Shown here in pieces: positions 1 to 8,473 of a stretch of DNA of 56,368 nucleotides (its first letter is position 1; each line of letters starts with the position of its first letter). The position numbers were made by a program, and so were the translations under genes. The notes under the pieces are model-generated. The model had not been told where the DNA came from and ran no database searches. It was given only the letters and a program-made list of their open reading frames with translations. This DNA comes from a virus: IMG/VR virus record IMGVR_UViG_3300045988_080971, positions 1-56,368 of that record. One strand, written 5' to 3'.

Positions 1-119
1 GGTGTAGAAAATCTACCCCTAGAAATTCAACATGTAGAAAATCAAGTACAATTAAATACTAAAGAACAAAATACTAATAAAGTAAATACTAAAGAAAAGA
101 AAAAAATTATAAAAAAAGA
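1..119. repeat. Window-end overlap: bases 1-119 are identical to 56250-56368 (closure of a 56,249-bp unit)
   Basis: Both ends read base by base; same 119-mer ggtgtagaaaatctacccc...aaaattataaaaaaaga. Confidence 0.95.
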
Positions 120-486
120 TTTTTCTAAGCTTGTTATAGATACTTGTTTAAAAAATGATATAGAAGATGATAAGAGTATAGAGCTTATAGAACAGTTTTT
201 AACAGAAATGAAAATCAAAACAAAAGGTGCTATAGAAGCTAATATAGCAAAAGTAGCAGGAAAAACATTTGAAACTATAAACAAATGTATACAGACAAGC
301 TACGAAAGAAATTATAAATACATCACACCTCCAGAATGGTTGCAGAACAATTCTTATAATGGAAATGGTAAATGTTCAAAAGAATTAGCTTGGCGAACAC
401 ATGAAGAGATGAAAGAGGCTGATAAAAAGAGACAAGAATTTATAGATGCAGTAAAACGTGGTGATCCATCGTTGCATAAATTTTAG
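1..486 (+). CDS. Replication initiator / replisome organizer, C-terminal part (same ORF as 55932-56368, wraps the junction)
   Basis: Frame 1 is open from base 1 to the stop at 484-486. It is in frame with the ORF starting at 55932 once the 119-bp overlap is collapsed. It lies directly upstream of the loader and helicase. Confidence 0.6.
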   Translation, partial: GVENLPLEIQHVENQVQLNTKEQNTNKVNTKEKKKIIKKDFSKLVIDTCLKNDIEDDKSIELIEQFLTEMKIKTKGAIEANIAKVAGKTFETINKCIQTSYERNYKYITPPEWLQNNSYNGNGKCSKELAWRTHEEMKEADKKRQEFIDAVKRGDPSLHKF

Positions 487-503
487 GGACGGAGATAAGT
501 AAT

Positions 504-701
504 ATGAATATAAAAGTTTATAGAGTACCACAGTTTTCAGCTAAGTGTGTGAATGTAATATGTGTAAATGATGTTCCTCTTTGTACCGTAAGAGGGCAGA
601 AAAACACAAATGCTATTATCACAAAATTAAATGGATACGATGCTGATATAACAGATGGAAGAATTGACAGGCTTATAAAGCAGAAATTAAAGGAGGGATA
701 A
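504..701 (+). CDS. Hypothetical protein (65 aa)
   Basis: ORF with a GGAG RBS, tightly packed on the + strand; no motif recognised. Confidence 0.5.
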   Translation: MNIKVYRVPQFSAKCVNVICVNDVPLCTVRGQKNTNAIITKLNGYDADITDGRIDRLIKQKLKEG

Positions 702-703
702 TA

Positions 704-1039
704 ATGTATAATGGTAGGTGGAAAAAGAAAGATTTTGGTTTTATAAAACAGCAGATTATATCTAGCATACCAGATGAACCACTTGGAATAAGTTCAAAAG
801 ACCTAGCTAGAAATATAAATCTTGATTCAAGAGATGTTAGGTGTATGATTCAGATACTACGATCAGAGGGGTATGCCATATGCAGTTCTCCAGTGGATGG
901 TTACTGGTATGCTCGATCATCCGAAGAACTTAGAAAGACAATATCAAAGATAGAGACACAGATAGATACTATGCAGGAAACCAAAAAGGTTTTATTTGAT
1001 ACGTATAAATGGATGAAAGTAAAGGAGATTGGAGAATGA
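704..1039 (+). CDS. Winged-helix/HTH DNA-binding protein (putative)
   Basis: AAGGAGG RBS; the segment LGISSKDLARNINLDSRDVRCMIQILRSEGY looks like a wHTH. Confidence 0.45.
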   Translation: MYNGRWKKKDFGFIKQQIISSIPDEPLGISSKDLARNINLDSRDVRCMIQILRSEGYAICSSPVDGYWYARSSEELRKTISKIETQIDTMQETKKVLFDTYKWMKVKEIGE

Positions 1040-1698
1040 ATATAGACACATGTTGGTATAAGAGAATATGCACGGAACAGTGTTCTGAAAACTGCATACG
1101 ATATAAACTCATGTATTCACTCTTTAAGCAGTCACGACTTCCCGAAGCCCAATGGGATTATAAGTATCTTGTGTGCAATGGGGCGGATTTGTCAAATTTT
1201 ACACAACTAAAAGCAAAATCTGAGTCGATTTTGAAGTTTATTGCAAACGGCAATAATTTGTACATCTACTCAGCAAACTGCGGAAATGGCAAGACTTCAT
1301 GGGCTATTAGATTGATGTACTCCTACTTCGATAAGATATGGCATAAGAGTTGTTTTGATTGCAAGGCGTTGTTTGTCAGCGTTCCTAAATTCTTGTATAA
1401 TTGCAAGCGGTCAATTTCACAGGATGTAAAAGGCTTTGAAGAGTTGTGTAACCTTATAAGTGAGGTTGATCTTGTTATATGGGACGATATAGGCGAAATG
1501 AAAGCAAGTGACTATGAACATCAGATATTATTTCAGTACATTGATGATAGAATCAATTCAAAGAAAAGCAATATCTACACAAGCAATAAGAATAAAGAAC
1601 AACTTGAAGATGTATTAGGAGTAAGACTTGCAAGTCGAATATATAATTGTTCTGAGTGTGTAGAATTTGTAGAAGAAGATAAGAGAGGTAAATACTAA
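1036..1698 (+). CDS. DnaC/IstB-like AAA+ helicase loader
   Basis: Walker A CGNGKTSWAI and Walker B DLVIWDDIG; ATGA overlap with the upstream ORF; directly precedes DnaB. Confidence 0.7.
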   Translation: MNIDTCWYKRICTEQCSENCIRYKLMYSLFKQSRLPEAQWDYKYLVCNGADLSNFTQLKAKSESILKFIANGNNLYIYSANCGNGKTSWAIRLMYSYFDKIWHKSCFDCKALFVSVPKFLYNCKRSISQDVKGFEELCNLISEVDLVIWDDIGEMKASDYEHQILFQYIDDRINSKKSNIYTSNKNKEQLEDVLGVRLASRIYNCSECVEFVEEDKRGKY

Positions 1699-2969
1699 TG
1701 GTAGAATTACAGATAATCAATAAAATTCTAAAGGACAAAAATACTTCTCTCTTAGATTTGAATGACATCACAAGAGATTATTTCCACCAGTATCAAGAAG
1801 AATACGACTATATCATGGAGCACAAGCAGGAATATGGTAATGTTCCTGACTTAGAAACATTTATAGCAAAGTTTCAAGATTTTGATGTGGTCAACGTATC
1901 AGAAAGCACTGAATATCTTGTGAATACATTTAGAGAAGAATATCTATATTCTCAGTCGGTTCCGGTGCTTACGAAGATGGCAGAACTATTACAGACGGAC
2001 GCATATTCCGCTGTTGATTATCTTAAATCAAAATTGCCGGAATTAAAGATTGATGGGGCAGTAAAAGGTACTGACATTATATCACAAGCAAAGGAAAGGC
2101 TTGAAGAGTGGAAAGAAACAAAAGATAACCAAGATACGCACTTTATAGCAAGTGGTTTTGAAGAGATAGATACAGACTTAGGTGGATGGCATAAAGGAGA
2201 GGAACTTGTAGTTTTATTTGCAAGAACAGGACAGGGTAAATCTTGGGTACTTATTAAGATGTTAGAACACGCATGGAAAGTCTATCATACAAGAGTAGGA
2301 CTTTTAGAGCCTGAGATGTCGGCAAGTAAAACAGGATATAGATTTGATACAGTACATCAACATATATCTTCACAAGCGTTATATCGTGGTGAAGATGTGC
2401 AAGGATATGAGAAATATATAAACAAGTTAGCTGATGATGGTACTCCGTTCTATGTTGCACATCCTAGAGATTTTCAAAAGAAAGTAACGGTATCAAAGTT
2501 AAAAAGCTGGTGTGAGTCAAATAAGTTGGATATTCTTGCAATAGATGGTATCTCTTATCTGCAGGATGAACGAGGAAAAAGAGGGGATAATAAAACAACA
2601 CAGCTGACGAACATATCCGAAGATTTAATGCAGTTAAGTATTGATTTAAAAATCCCGGTGTTGGTTGTTGTGCAGTCAAACAGAGAAGGAACAATAAACG
2701 AGGACTTACAGCTTGAAAATATAAGAGATTCCGATGGAATTGCTTATAATGCGTCAATCGTTCTTTCAATTCAACAAAAGGAAGAAGGCTTGCAGATACA
2801 AGATGTAAAGGCAAGAAATTCAAAAGTTGGAATAAAATGGGTATATGCTTGGGATACGGATAGAGGTACTTTTGATTATATTCCACAACCTGCAAAAGGA
2901 AAAGAAGATGAAGAAAAAAGCGAAGATTTAAGACGTAGATATCATGATAGAGAAGAGGATGAATATTAG
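1698..2969 (+). CDS. dnaB: Replicative DNA helicase, DnaB family
   Basis: Walker A FARTGQGKSWVL, Walker B ILAIDGISYL, VVVQSNREG motif; 423 aa. Confidence 0.85.
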   Translation: MVELQIINKILKDKNTSLLDLNDITRDYFHQYQEEYDYIMEHKQEYGNVPDLETFIAKFQDFDVVNVSESTEYLVNTFREEYLYSQSVPVLTKMAELLQTDAYSAVDYLKSKLPELKIDGAVKGTDIISQAKERLEEWKETKDNQDTHFIASGFEEIDTDLGGWHKGEELVVLFARTGQGKSWVLIKMLEHAWKVYHTRVGLLEPEMSASKTGYRFDTVHQHISSQALYRGEDVQGYEKYINKLADDGTPFYVAHPRDFQKKVTVSKLKSWCESNKLDILAIDGISYLQDERGKRGDNKTTQLTNISEDLMQLSIDLKIPVLVVVQSNREGTINEDLQLENIRDSDGIAYNASIVLSIQQKEEGLQIQDVKARNSKVGIKWVYAWDTDRGTFDYIPQPAKGKEDEEKSEDLRRRYHDREEDEY

Positions 2970-3137
2970 ATGCAAAAACCTATAATGATACAGGATGATT
3001 TCATGGGAGATTTTTATTTGGGTTGTCCAAAATGTAAAGAAGTAATTCATTTTCCATTGATAAATCCTACACAGAATAAACCTAAAAAATGTTACAAATG
3101 TGGAGAAGAATTTGATTGGACAGATATAAAGATGTGA
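2970..3137 (+). CDS. Small zinc-ribbon protein (55 aa)
   Basis: CPKC...CYKC pairs; ATG immediately after the dnaB stop. Confidence 0.45.
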   Translation: MQKPIMIQDDFMGDFYLGCPKCKEVIHFPLINPTQNKPKKCYKCGEEFDWTDIKM

Positions 3138-3152
3138 AAGAGGTGAGTATTT

Positions 3153-4139
3153 TTGATAAAACTACAAGATACAATTATACAATCTGATACTCAATCTGTC
3201 TTGAATATGCTCAAATTTGACTTAGCTCAACATGGAGTAAATAGGTTTCATATTTTTAGAAACAATGGAGAAAATATTCAGACGAATTGTCCTTTTCATA
3301 AGGGAGGACAAGAACGAAAGCCGTCATTTGGAGTAAATGGAGAGATTGATAAATGTCATTGTTTCTCATGTGGCTGGGCTGGAACAATAGAGGAAATGAT
3401 ATCTGAATTATATGGCTATCAAGACGAAGGAAAATTTGGAAAAAGATGGCTAATAAAAAGATTCAATACAGTAGAGATTGAAACAAGACCAAATATAATG
3501 GAGAGATTTAATGGAAGAAATACTAGCAATAATCGGAATACTTTCAATGACAGTAGTCATAGAGTTGACAGCATTCAAAGTGATAGACATTTTATCACAG
3601 AAGAAGAATTAGATAAGTATAGATATATTCATCCTTATATGTATGAAAGAGGATTAACAGAGGAAATTATAGAAAGGTTTGATATAGGTTATGACAGAGA
3701 ACGAAAAGAAATTACATTCCCAGTTAGAGACATTGAAGGAAGATGTGTGTTCATTGCAAGTCGAAGTATTCAAGGCAAATTTTTCAGGCTTCCGAAGGGA
3801 CTTGATAAACCGTTATATCAAGGATATAGATTCAGCACTGGAAAATATAAAGTGGCTTTTATAACAGAGTCGTTTTTAAATTGTCTTACTTGTTGGAAAT
3901 ATGATAAACCTGCTATGGCTATGATAGGAACAGGAAATCAAAAGCAATATGAAATATTGAATAAGTTACCAGTGCGTGAATATATTATTGCATTTGACCC
4001 AGACGAAGCAGGAAGAAAAGCAACAGAAAGATTCAAGAAAAATGTACATGGAAAGATTATAAAAGAGCTTGTATATCCAGATAATCGAGATATAAATGAT
4101 TTGCAAGAAGAATTTCTGAATTGCAAAATTATTTTTTAA
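3153..4139 (+). CDS. dnaG: DNA primase (CHC2 zinc finger + TOPRIM)
   Basis: CPFHKGGQERKPSFGV...CHCFSCGWAG zinc finger; TOPRIM ITESFLN and AFDPDEAGRKA; TTG start behind a GAGGTGAG RBS. Confidence 0.85.
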   Translation: MIKLQDTIIQSDTQSVLNMLKFDLAQHGVNRFHIFRNNGENIQTNCPFHKGGQERKPSFGVNGEIDKCHCFSCGWAGTIEEMISELYGYQDEGKFGKRWLIKRFNTVEIETRPNIMERFNGRNTSNNRNTFNDSSHRVDSIQSDRHFITEEELDKYRYIHPYMYERGLTEEIIERFDIGYDRERKEITFPVRDIEGRCVFIASRSIQGKFFRLPKGLDKPLYQGYRFSTGKYKVAFITESFLNCLTCWKYDKPAMAMIGTGNQKQYEILNKLPVREYIIAFDPDEAGRKATERFKKNVHGKIIKELVYPDNRDINDLQEEFLNCKIIF

Positions 4140-4156
4140 AAAATTTCAAAAATCAC

Positions 4157-4185
4157 TTGCATTTCACCTTTTTATGTGTTACAAT
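4157..4185 (+). promoter_or_regulatory. Promoter cassette P1 (TTGCAT-N17-TGtTACAAT)
   Basis: -35 at 4157-4162, extended -10 TG at 4177-4178, -10 at 4180-4185, A/T-rich UP region; member of an 8-copy family. Confidence 0.75.
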
Positions 4186-4238
4186 ATAAACAAGTTAAGA
4201 GAGAACAACAAAAACACATAAAATGGAGGGACAAAGAT

Positions 4239-4460
4239 ATGAAATGGAGAAAAGCATTCACTGATGGTAATTTGGGTATGTATTACATTAGTGAAAATAA
4301 CAAATATAGTATTCATGATGAATACGTGAAAGTAGAAAGAAGGAAAAAATATAGCGTTGGATATAGACAGAAATGGATTTTAAAAAACCTTGAAAACAAC
4401 AATACTGTATTTGAGGGCGCAACGTTAAAAAGCTGTAAAGCATATGCAGAAAACTTATAA
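4239..4460 (+). CDS. Hypothetical protein (73 aa)
   Basis: First ORF after P1, GGAGGG RBS; the track ORF 4176 begins inside the promoter, so the ATG at 4239 is preferred. Confidence 0.5.
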   Translation: MKWRKAFTDGNLGMYYISENNKYSIHDEYVKVERRKKYSVGYRQKWILKNLENNNTVFEGATLKSCKAYAENL

Positions 4461-4464
4461 TAAC

Positions 4465-4481
4465 TTGTGAAGCGATAACAC
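4465..4481. repeat. Direct repeat copy 1 (ttgtgaagcgataacac)
   Basis: Identical 17-mer recurs at 4598-4614; similarity extends to about 27 bp with mismatches. Confidence 0.9.
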
Positions 4482-4597
4482 GTAAAACACTTTATAAAAT
4501 AATAAAAGGAGGACACTTACATGAGACAGATCTGCACACACGGCATAAGAGATAAGCCCTAATAAATAACAAATAAAAGAATATAAAATGATCAGAT

Positions 4598-4614
4598 TTG
4601 TGAAGCGATAACAC
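4598..4614. repeat. Direct repeat copy 2 (ttgtgaagcgataacac)
   Basis: Identical to 4465-4481; non-coding region. Confidence 0.9.
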
Positions 4615-4862
4615 ATATAAACACCAATATATCAATACGAGGATTGGGGTAGGTTGAGGTGGATGTAGTAGTATTGATATATTTTAGCTTGTATCAATGA
4701 GGAAGTGGTTGAGTGTAGGGAGTGAATACAGACGTGTATTGTGTAATTGATACAAACGTTATAAAATATTTGGAGAATATATGACTTGATAGAGTAGGTT
4801 GAGTCCTCTATATTCGTTATTGTATTTTGCAACTACTCTGTGAAATACAATCCAAATATTAT

Positions 4863-4934
4863 AGCCTTATTGCCAAAAGGAAAGGCATCGGACTTTGATT
4901 CCGACATTTGCGGGTTCGACTCCCGCTAGGGCTG
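4863..4934 (+). tRNA. tRNA-Gln (anticodon UUG), no encoded CCA
   Basis: Hand-folded cloverleaf. Acceptor agcctta/tagggct (one G-U). D arm with GG. Anticodon stem tcgga/tccga with loop cTTTGat. 5-nt variable loop. T arm gcggg-ttcgact-cccgc. Discriminator G. Confidence 0.85.
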
Positions 4935-5136
4935 TGTTTCCTGGCAGACAAAAAGAAGAAAGCACATGATATTGAAAAATGGTGTGATTGGGAACTTGAG
5001 TGAGAATAAAGCTGGGAATATCACTCGTGTGCACATGAATGGAATATAAGTGGTTGCGTTTATGGGCTTATAGTGAATGTTCTGGAGGTTGTTCATTCAA
5101 AAACTAAACCAACTAAAAAGAAAGGAAAAAGAAAGT

Positions 5137-5817
5137 ATGGGAAGAATCAATTATGATGAAGTAGACAAGTACGGGAACAATTCAGACACAGAGTTTTTGA
5201 AGTTGACGAACGATGGGGACATGATTACCGCACAGCTTATGGTAAAGGATATGGAAGATGTGGATATCTATGCTTGTCATCAGGCTGTTGTCGGACAGTG
5301 GGATGATGGTAACGATAAGACAAGATTTGTGAATTGTCTGAGAAATTATGATGATCCGCTTGATGTTTGTCCAATGTGTGCCGCAGGGTTAAAGACACAG
5401 GTTGTAATGATGCTTGCAATGGTTGATCAGCAGGATGGCAAGATTAAGATTTGGAATCGTGGAAAGACGTTCATTCCAAAGATTAAGAATTTTGTAAATC
5501 GTTGGGGAGATATGACAATGAAGCCAGTTGACATCATAAGAAACGGAAAAAAAGGAGACAAGAAAACAACATATGATATTCAGATTTCTCCAGCAGAACC
5601 AATGGATATTTCACAGTACGAAAAGCCTGAATTTTTAGGCGGATATATCATGGATAAATCAGCTGATGAAATGCAGGAATACCTTGATACAGGAAGTTTT
5701 CCAGATGCAGATAATAACGATAATGAAGATAATACACAGGTAAGACGCAGAAACACTGAACCACTTCCATCAAGACGAGGAGCAAGTAGAGCAACAAGCA
5801 GAAGGGTGGGTATGTAA
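5137..5817 (+). CDS. ssDNA-binding protein, T4 gp32-like (putative)
   Basis: H-x18-C-x10-C-x2-C zinc motif resembles the gp32 H/C3 site; acidic D/N/E-rich C-terminal region; sits between primase and polymerase. Confidence 0.45.
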   Translation: MGRINYDEVDKYGNNSDTEFLKLTNDGDMITAQLMVKDMEDVDIYACHQAVVGQWDDGNDKTRFVNCLRNYDDPLDVCPMCAAGLKTQVVMMLAMVDQQDGKIKIWNRGKTFIPKIKNFVNRWGDMTMKPVDIIRNGKKGDKKTTYDIQISPAEPMDISQYEKPEFLGGYIMDKSADEMQEYLDTGSFPDADNNDNEDNTQVRRRNTEPLPSRRGASRATSRRVGM

Positions 5818-5818
5818 T

Positions 5819-5944
5819 ATGGCAACAAAAAATAAGCATAGAGAAAGAAGCCACAGAAGTTATAAACATAAAGATCAGTATAAGCAGTATGTGACCGGAA
5901 AGTTTACATTTATGAAACGCATGTTATCAAGATTAAACTGGTAG
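5819..5944 (+). CDS. Small basic protein (41 aa), hypothetical
   Basis: ATG 2 nt after the upstream stop; K/R/H-rich. Confidence 0.35.
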   Translation: MATKNKHRERSHRSYKHKDQYKQYVTGKFTFMKRMLSRLNW

Positions 5945-5954
5945 GGAGGATTAT

Positions 5955-6200
5955 ATGACATTAAGAGATACAGTAGGAATGATGAATAGCAATGATTATA
6001 AAGAAAGGTTTAAAGCGGAGTATTATCAGTTGGTTACAAGATATAGAGGTCTTAAGTCAATGATTACAAAATGGGATGCGGGTACATTGAATTTTGAACC
6101 AACTTGTCCAAGAAGCACATATAATATGCAGATTAAGGCTATGACAGATTATATTGCAGTTCTTGAAGCAAGAGCAGTTATGGAAGATATTGTATTATAG
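5955..6200 (+). CDS. Hypothetical protein (81 aa)
   Basis: GGGAGG RBS, tight packing. Confidence 0.55.
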   Translation: MTLRDTVGMMNSNDYKERFKAEYYQLVTRYRGLKSMITKWDAGTLNFEPTCPRSTYNMQIKAMTDYIAVLEARAVMEDIVL

Positions 6201-6211
6201 AGGAGGATTAT

Positions 6212-8473
6212 ATGGCATTATCATTTGCAAGACCAAAAAGCAATGATAAGAATATAATCAAAAAATCTAAAACAATAACAAATAGAACAAGTATCAGGAG
6301 CGGCGGAAATAATCTAGCCGCTCAAATACAATCTATAGTTGCTATTGCTAACCAAAAATTAGCAATTCATAAAGATGATTATATTCTTATTAGAGAACCA
6401 GATCAACTATATGAATATATGAAAGAAATGAAACAAGTTGGAGAGGGTGCGTTAGATACGGAGACCACAGGATTAAATCCATTACTTGTAGATATAGTCG
6501 GCGGATGTATTTATACACCTGGACAAAAAGCGGCATATATTCCAATCAATCATAAGTCGTATATTACAGGTGTAAGAACAAAGGAACAGATGGATGAGGA
6601 AACTGTTTCAAAGATTATGAAAGAGTTTCATAAGGATATTAGATGGATTTTTCATAATGCAAAGTTTGATATAAGAATATGTAGAAAGACGTTAGGTATC
6701 GACATCTTGCCATATTGGGACACAGAGATTGCCGCTCATTGTATAGATGAAGAAGAAAGTCACAGATTGAAAGACTTGCACCTTAAATATTGCGATAGTA
6801 AAGATACAGAGTCTTTGACATTTGACGCATTATTTAAGGGAGTAACATTTGATAATATTCCAATCTCAACAGGATATTTATACGCGGCGGGTGATGCAGT
6901 AAAGACATATGAATTATATCAATATCAAAAAACACTTTTGAATAGAAGAGTTTTATCCGGACCTTATAATGTATTCAAGAATATTGAAATGCCTTTGATT
7001 CCAGTTGTAGCAGACATGGAAGATAGAGGTGTATGTCTTGACTTTGATGTGTGTAAAAATTTACACGAAAAATATCATAAGATAAAGGAAGAAAGACAAA
7101 AACAAGCTGATGAAACAATAGCACTGTATAAGGATGAAATTGATAATTATAAGATGAAAAATCCTAATAATAAGTTGTCAGATCCTATATCATTATCAAG
7201 TCCAACTCAGCTTGCAATATTATTTTATGATATTTTAGGATTAGAAAGTCCAGATAAAAAAGCACCTAGAGGAACAGGAGAAGAGATTTTAAAACATTTT
7301 GCACAAGGCAAGCACCAAAATCTATGTGAGAATATTTTAGCCTTGAGAAATGTTGATAAGCTATTAAGCACTTATATTGATAAGATGCCTGAAATTGTGC
7401 TTACAGATGGAAGGATTCATGGTGAGTTTAAGCAGTATGGAGCTAAGACTGGTCGATTTAGTTCTAAAGACCCAAACTTACAGAATATCCCTTCGCATAA
7501 CAAAGATATTAGACAAATGTTTAAGGCACAGGATGGGTATGTACTTATAGGGTCGGATTTCAGTCAGCAGGAACCGATGGTTACTGCACACTTATCGGAT
7601 GATAAAAAAATGCAAGAAGCATTTATAAACGGCAAGGATATATATGCGACAATCGCCGCACTTGCATTTCATAAACCATATGAAGAGTGTAAAGAGTTCA
7701 GAAAAGATGGAACAGTAAATCCAGCCGGAAAAGAAAGAAGAACACAAGCTAAGAGCATAGTTCTTGGAATTTTGTATGGTAGACAAATTCCATCTATTGC
7801 AGAACAGCTTGGAGTTTCTACAAAGGAGGCGCAAGCCATATATGATAAGGTTATATCTTCATTTCCTGCACTCGGTAAATTTATCGAAGATTCACGAGAA
7901 ATGGCAAGAACCGAAGGATATGTAACTACTGCATGGGGTAGAAGAAGACATTTACACGATATGCAGTTAGAACGATATGAATTTTCATATAGCGGAAAAG
8001 TCACTAACTTCGACCCATTAGCATTTGGAAGTGAAGTATCTACAGAAGTTCCAAAGAAAGTAAAAGACAGTTATATCAAACAACTTGATAAAGCATTTGG
8101 GTGGAAAAAGAAAAATGATATAATTCAAAAAGCATTAGCTGAAGGAATTAAGATCAAGGATAATGGCGGATTTATAGCACAGGCGGAAAGACAATGTGTA
8201 AATGCAAGAGTACAAGGTTCAGCGGCGGATATAACAAAGCTGGCTATGATTGCTATAAACAATGATGAAAGAATGAAAGAACTTGATTTCCATTTGCTGA
8301 TACAGGTACATGATGAAGTAATAGGAGAATGTCCTATTGAAAATGCAAAGGAAGCAGGAGAAAGACTTTCATATCTTATGAGAACTGCACCTAGTCATTT
8401 GATTAAACTTCCATTCAAGTGCGATGTGGATTTTACTAAAAACTGGTACGGCGAAGAAGTGGAGATTGAATAA
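6212..8473 (+). CDS. polA: DNA polymerase I (family A) with 3'-5' exonuclease domain
   Basis: Exo motifs ALDTETTGL, HNAKFDI, YAAGDA; pol motif A GSDFSQQEP, motif B RRTQAKSIVLGILYG, motif C LIQVHDEVIGE. Confidence 0.9.
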   Translation: MALSFARPKSNDKNIIKKSKTITNRTSIRSGGNNLAAQIQSIVAIANQKLAIHKDDYILIREPDQLYEYMKEMKQVGEGALDTETTGLNPLLVDIVGGCIYTPGQKAAYIPINHKSYITGVRTKEQMDEETVSKIMKEFHKDIRWIFHNAKFDIRICRKTLGIDILPYWDTEIAAHCIDEEESHRLKDLHLKYCDSKDTESLTFDALFKGVTFDNIPISTGYLYAAGDAVKTYELYQYQKTLLNRRVLSGPYNVFKNIEMPLIPVVADMEDRGVCLDFDVCKNLHEKYHKIKEERQKQADETIALYKDEIDNYKMKNPNNKLSDPISLSSPTQLAILFYDILGLESPDKKAPRGTGEEILKHFAQGKHQNLCENILALRNVDKLLSTYIDKMPEIVLTDGRIHGEFKQYGAKTGRFSSKDPNLQNIPSHNKDIRQMFKAQDGYVLIGSDFSQQEPMVTAHLSDDKKMQEAFINGKDIYATIAALAFHKPYEECKEFRKDGTVNPAGKERRTQAKSIVLGILYGRQIPSIAEQLGVSTKEAQAIYDKVISSFPALGKFIEDSREMARTEGYVTTAWGRRRHLHDMQLERYEFSYSGKVTNFDPLAFGSEVSTEVPKKVKDSYIKQLDKAFGWKKKNDIIQKALAEGIKIKDNGGFIAQAERQCVNARVQGSAADITKLAMIAINNDERMKELDFHLLIQVHDEVIGECPIENAKEAGERLSYLMRTAPSHLIKLPFKCDVDFTKNWYGEEVEIE

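Noticed and set aside
1-119. Treating the 119-bp terminal identity as a biological direct terminal repeat or as a duplicated gene fragment
   Set aside because: The overlap joins one ORF perfectly in frame, and nothing marks physical ends such as a cos or pac signature. Circular closure of the assembly is the most economical explanation. Read data are needed to exclude a true terminal repeat.
4863-4934. Stop-codon reassignment or a suppressor tRNA, prompted by the in-frame TAG at 32450
   Set aside because: The only tRNA has anticodon UUG (normal Gln), not CUA. TAG terminates several well-defined genes that are followed immediately by the next RBS.
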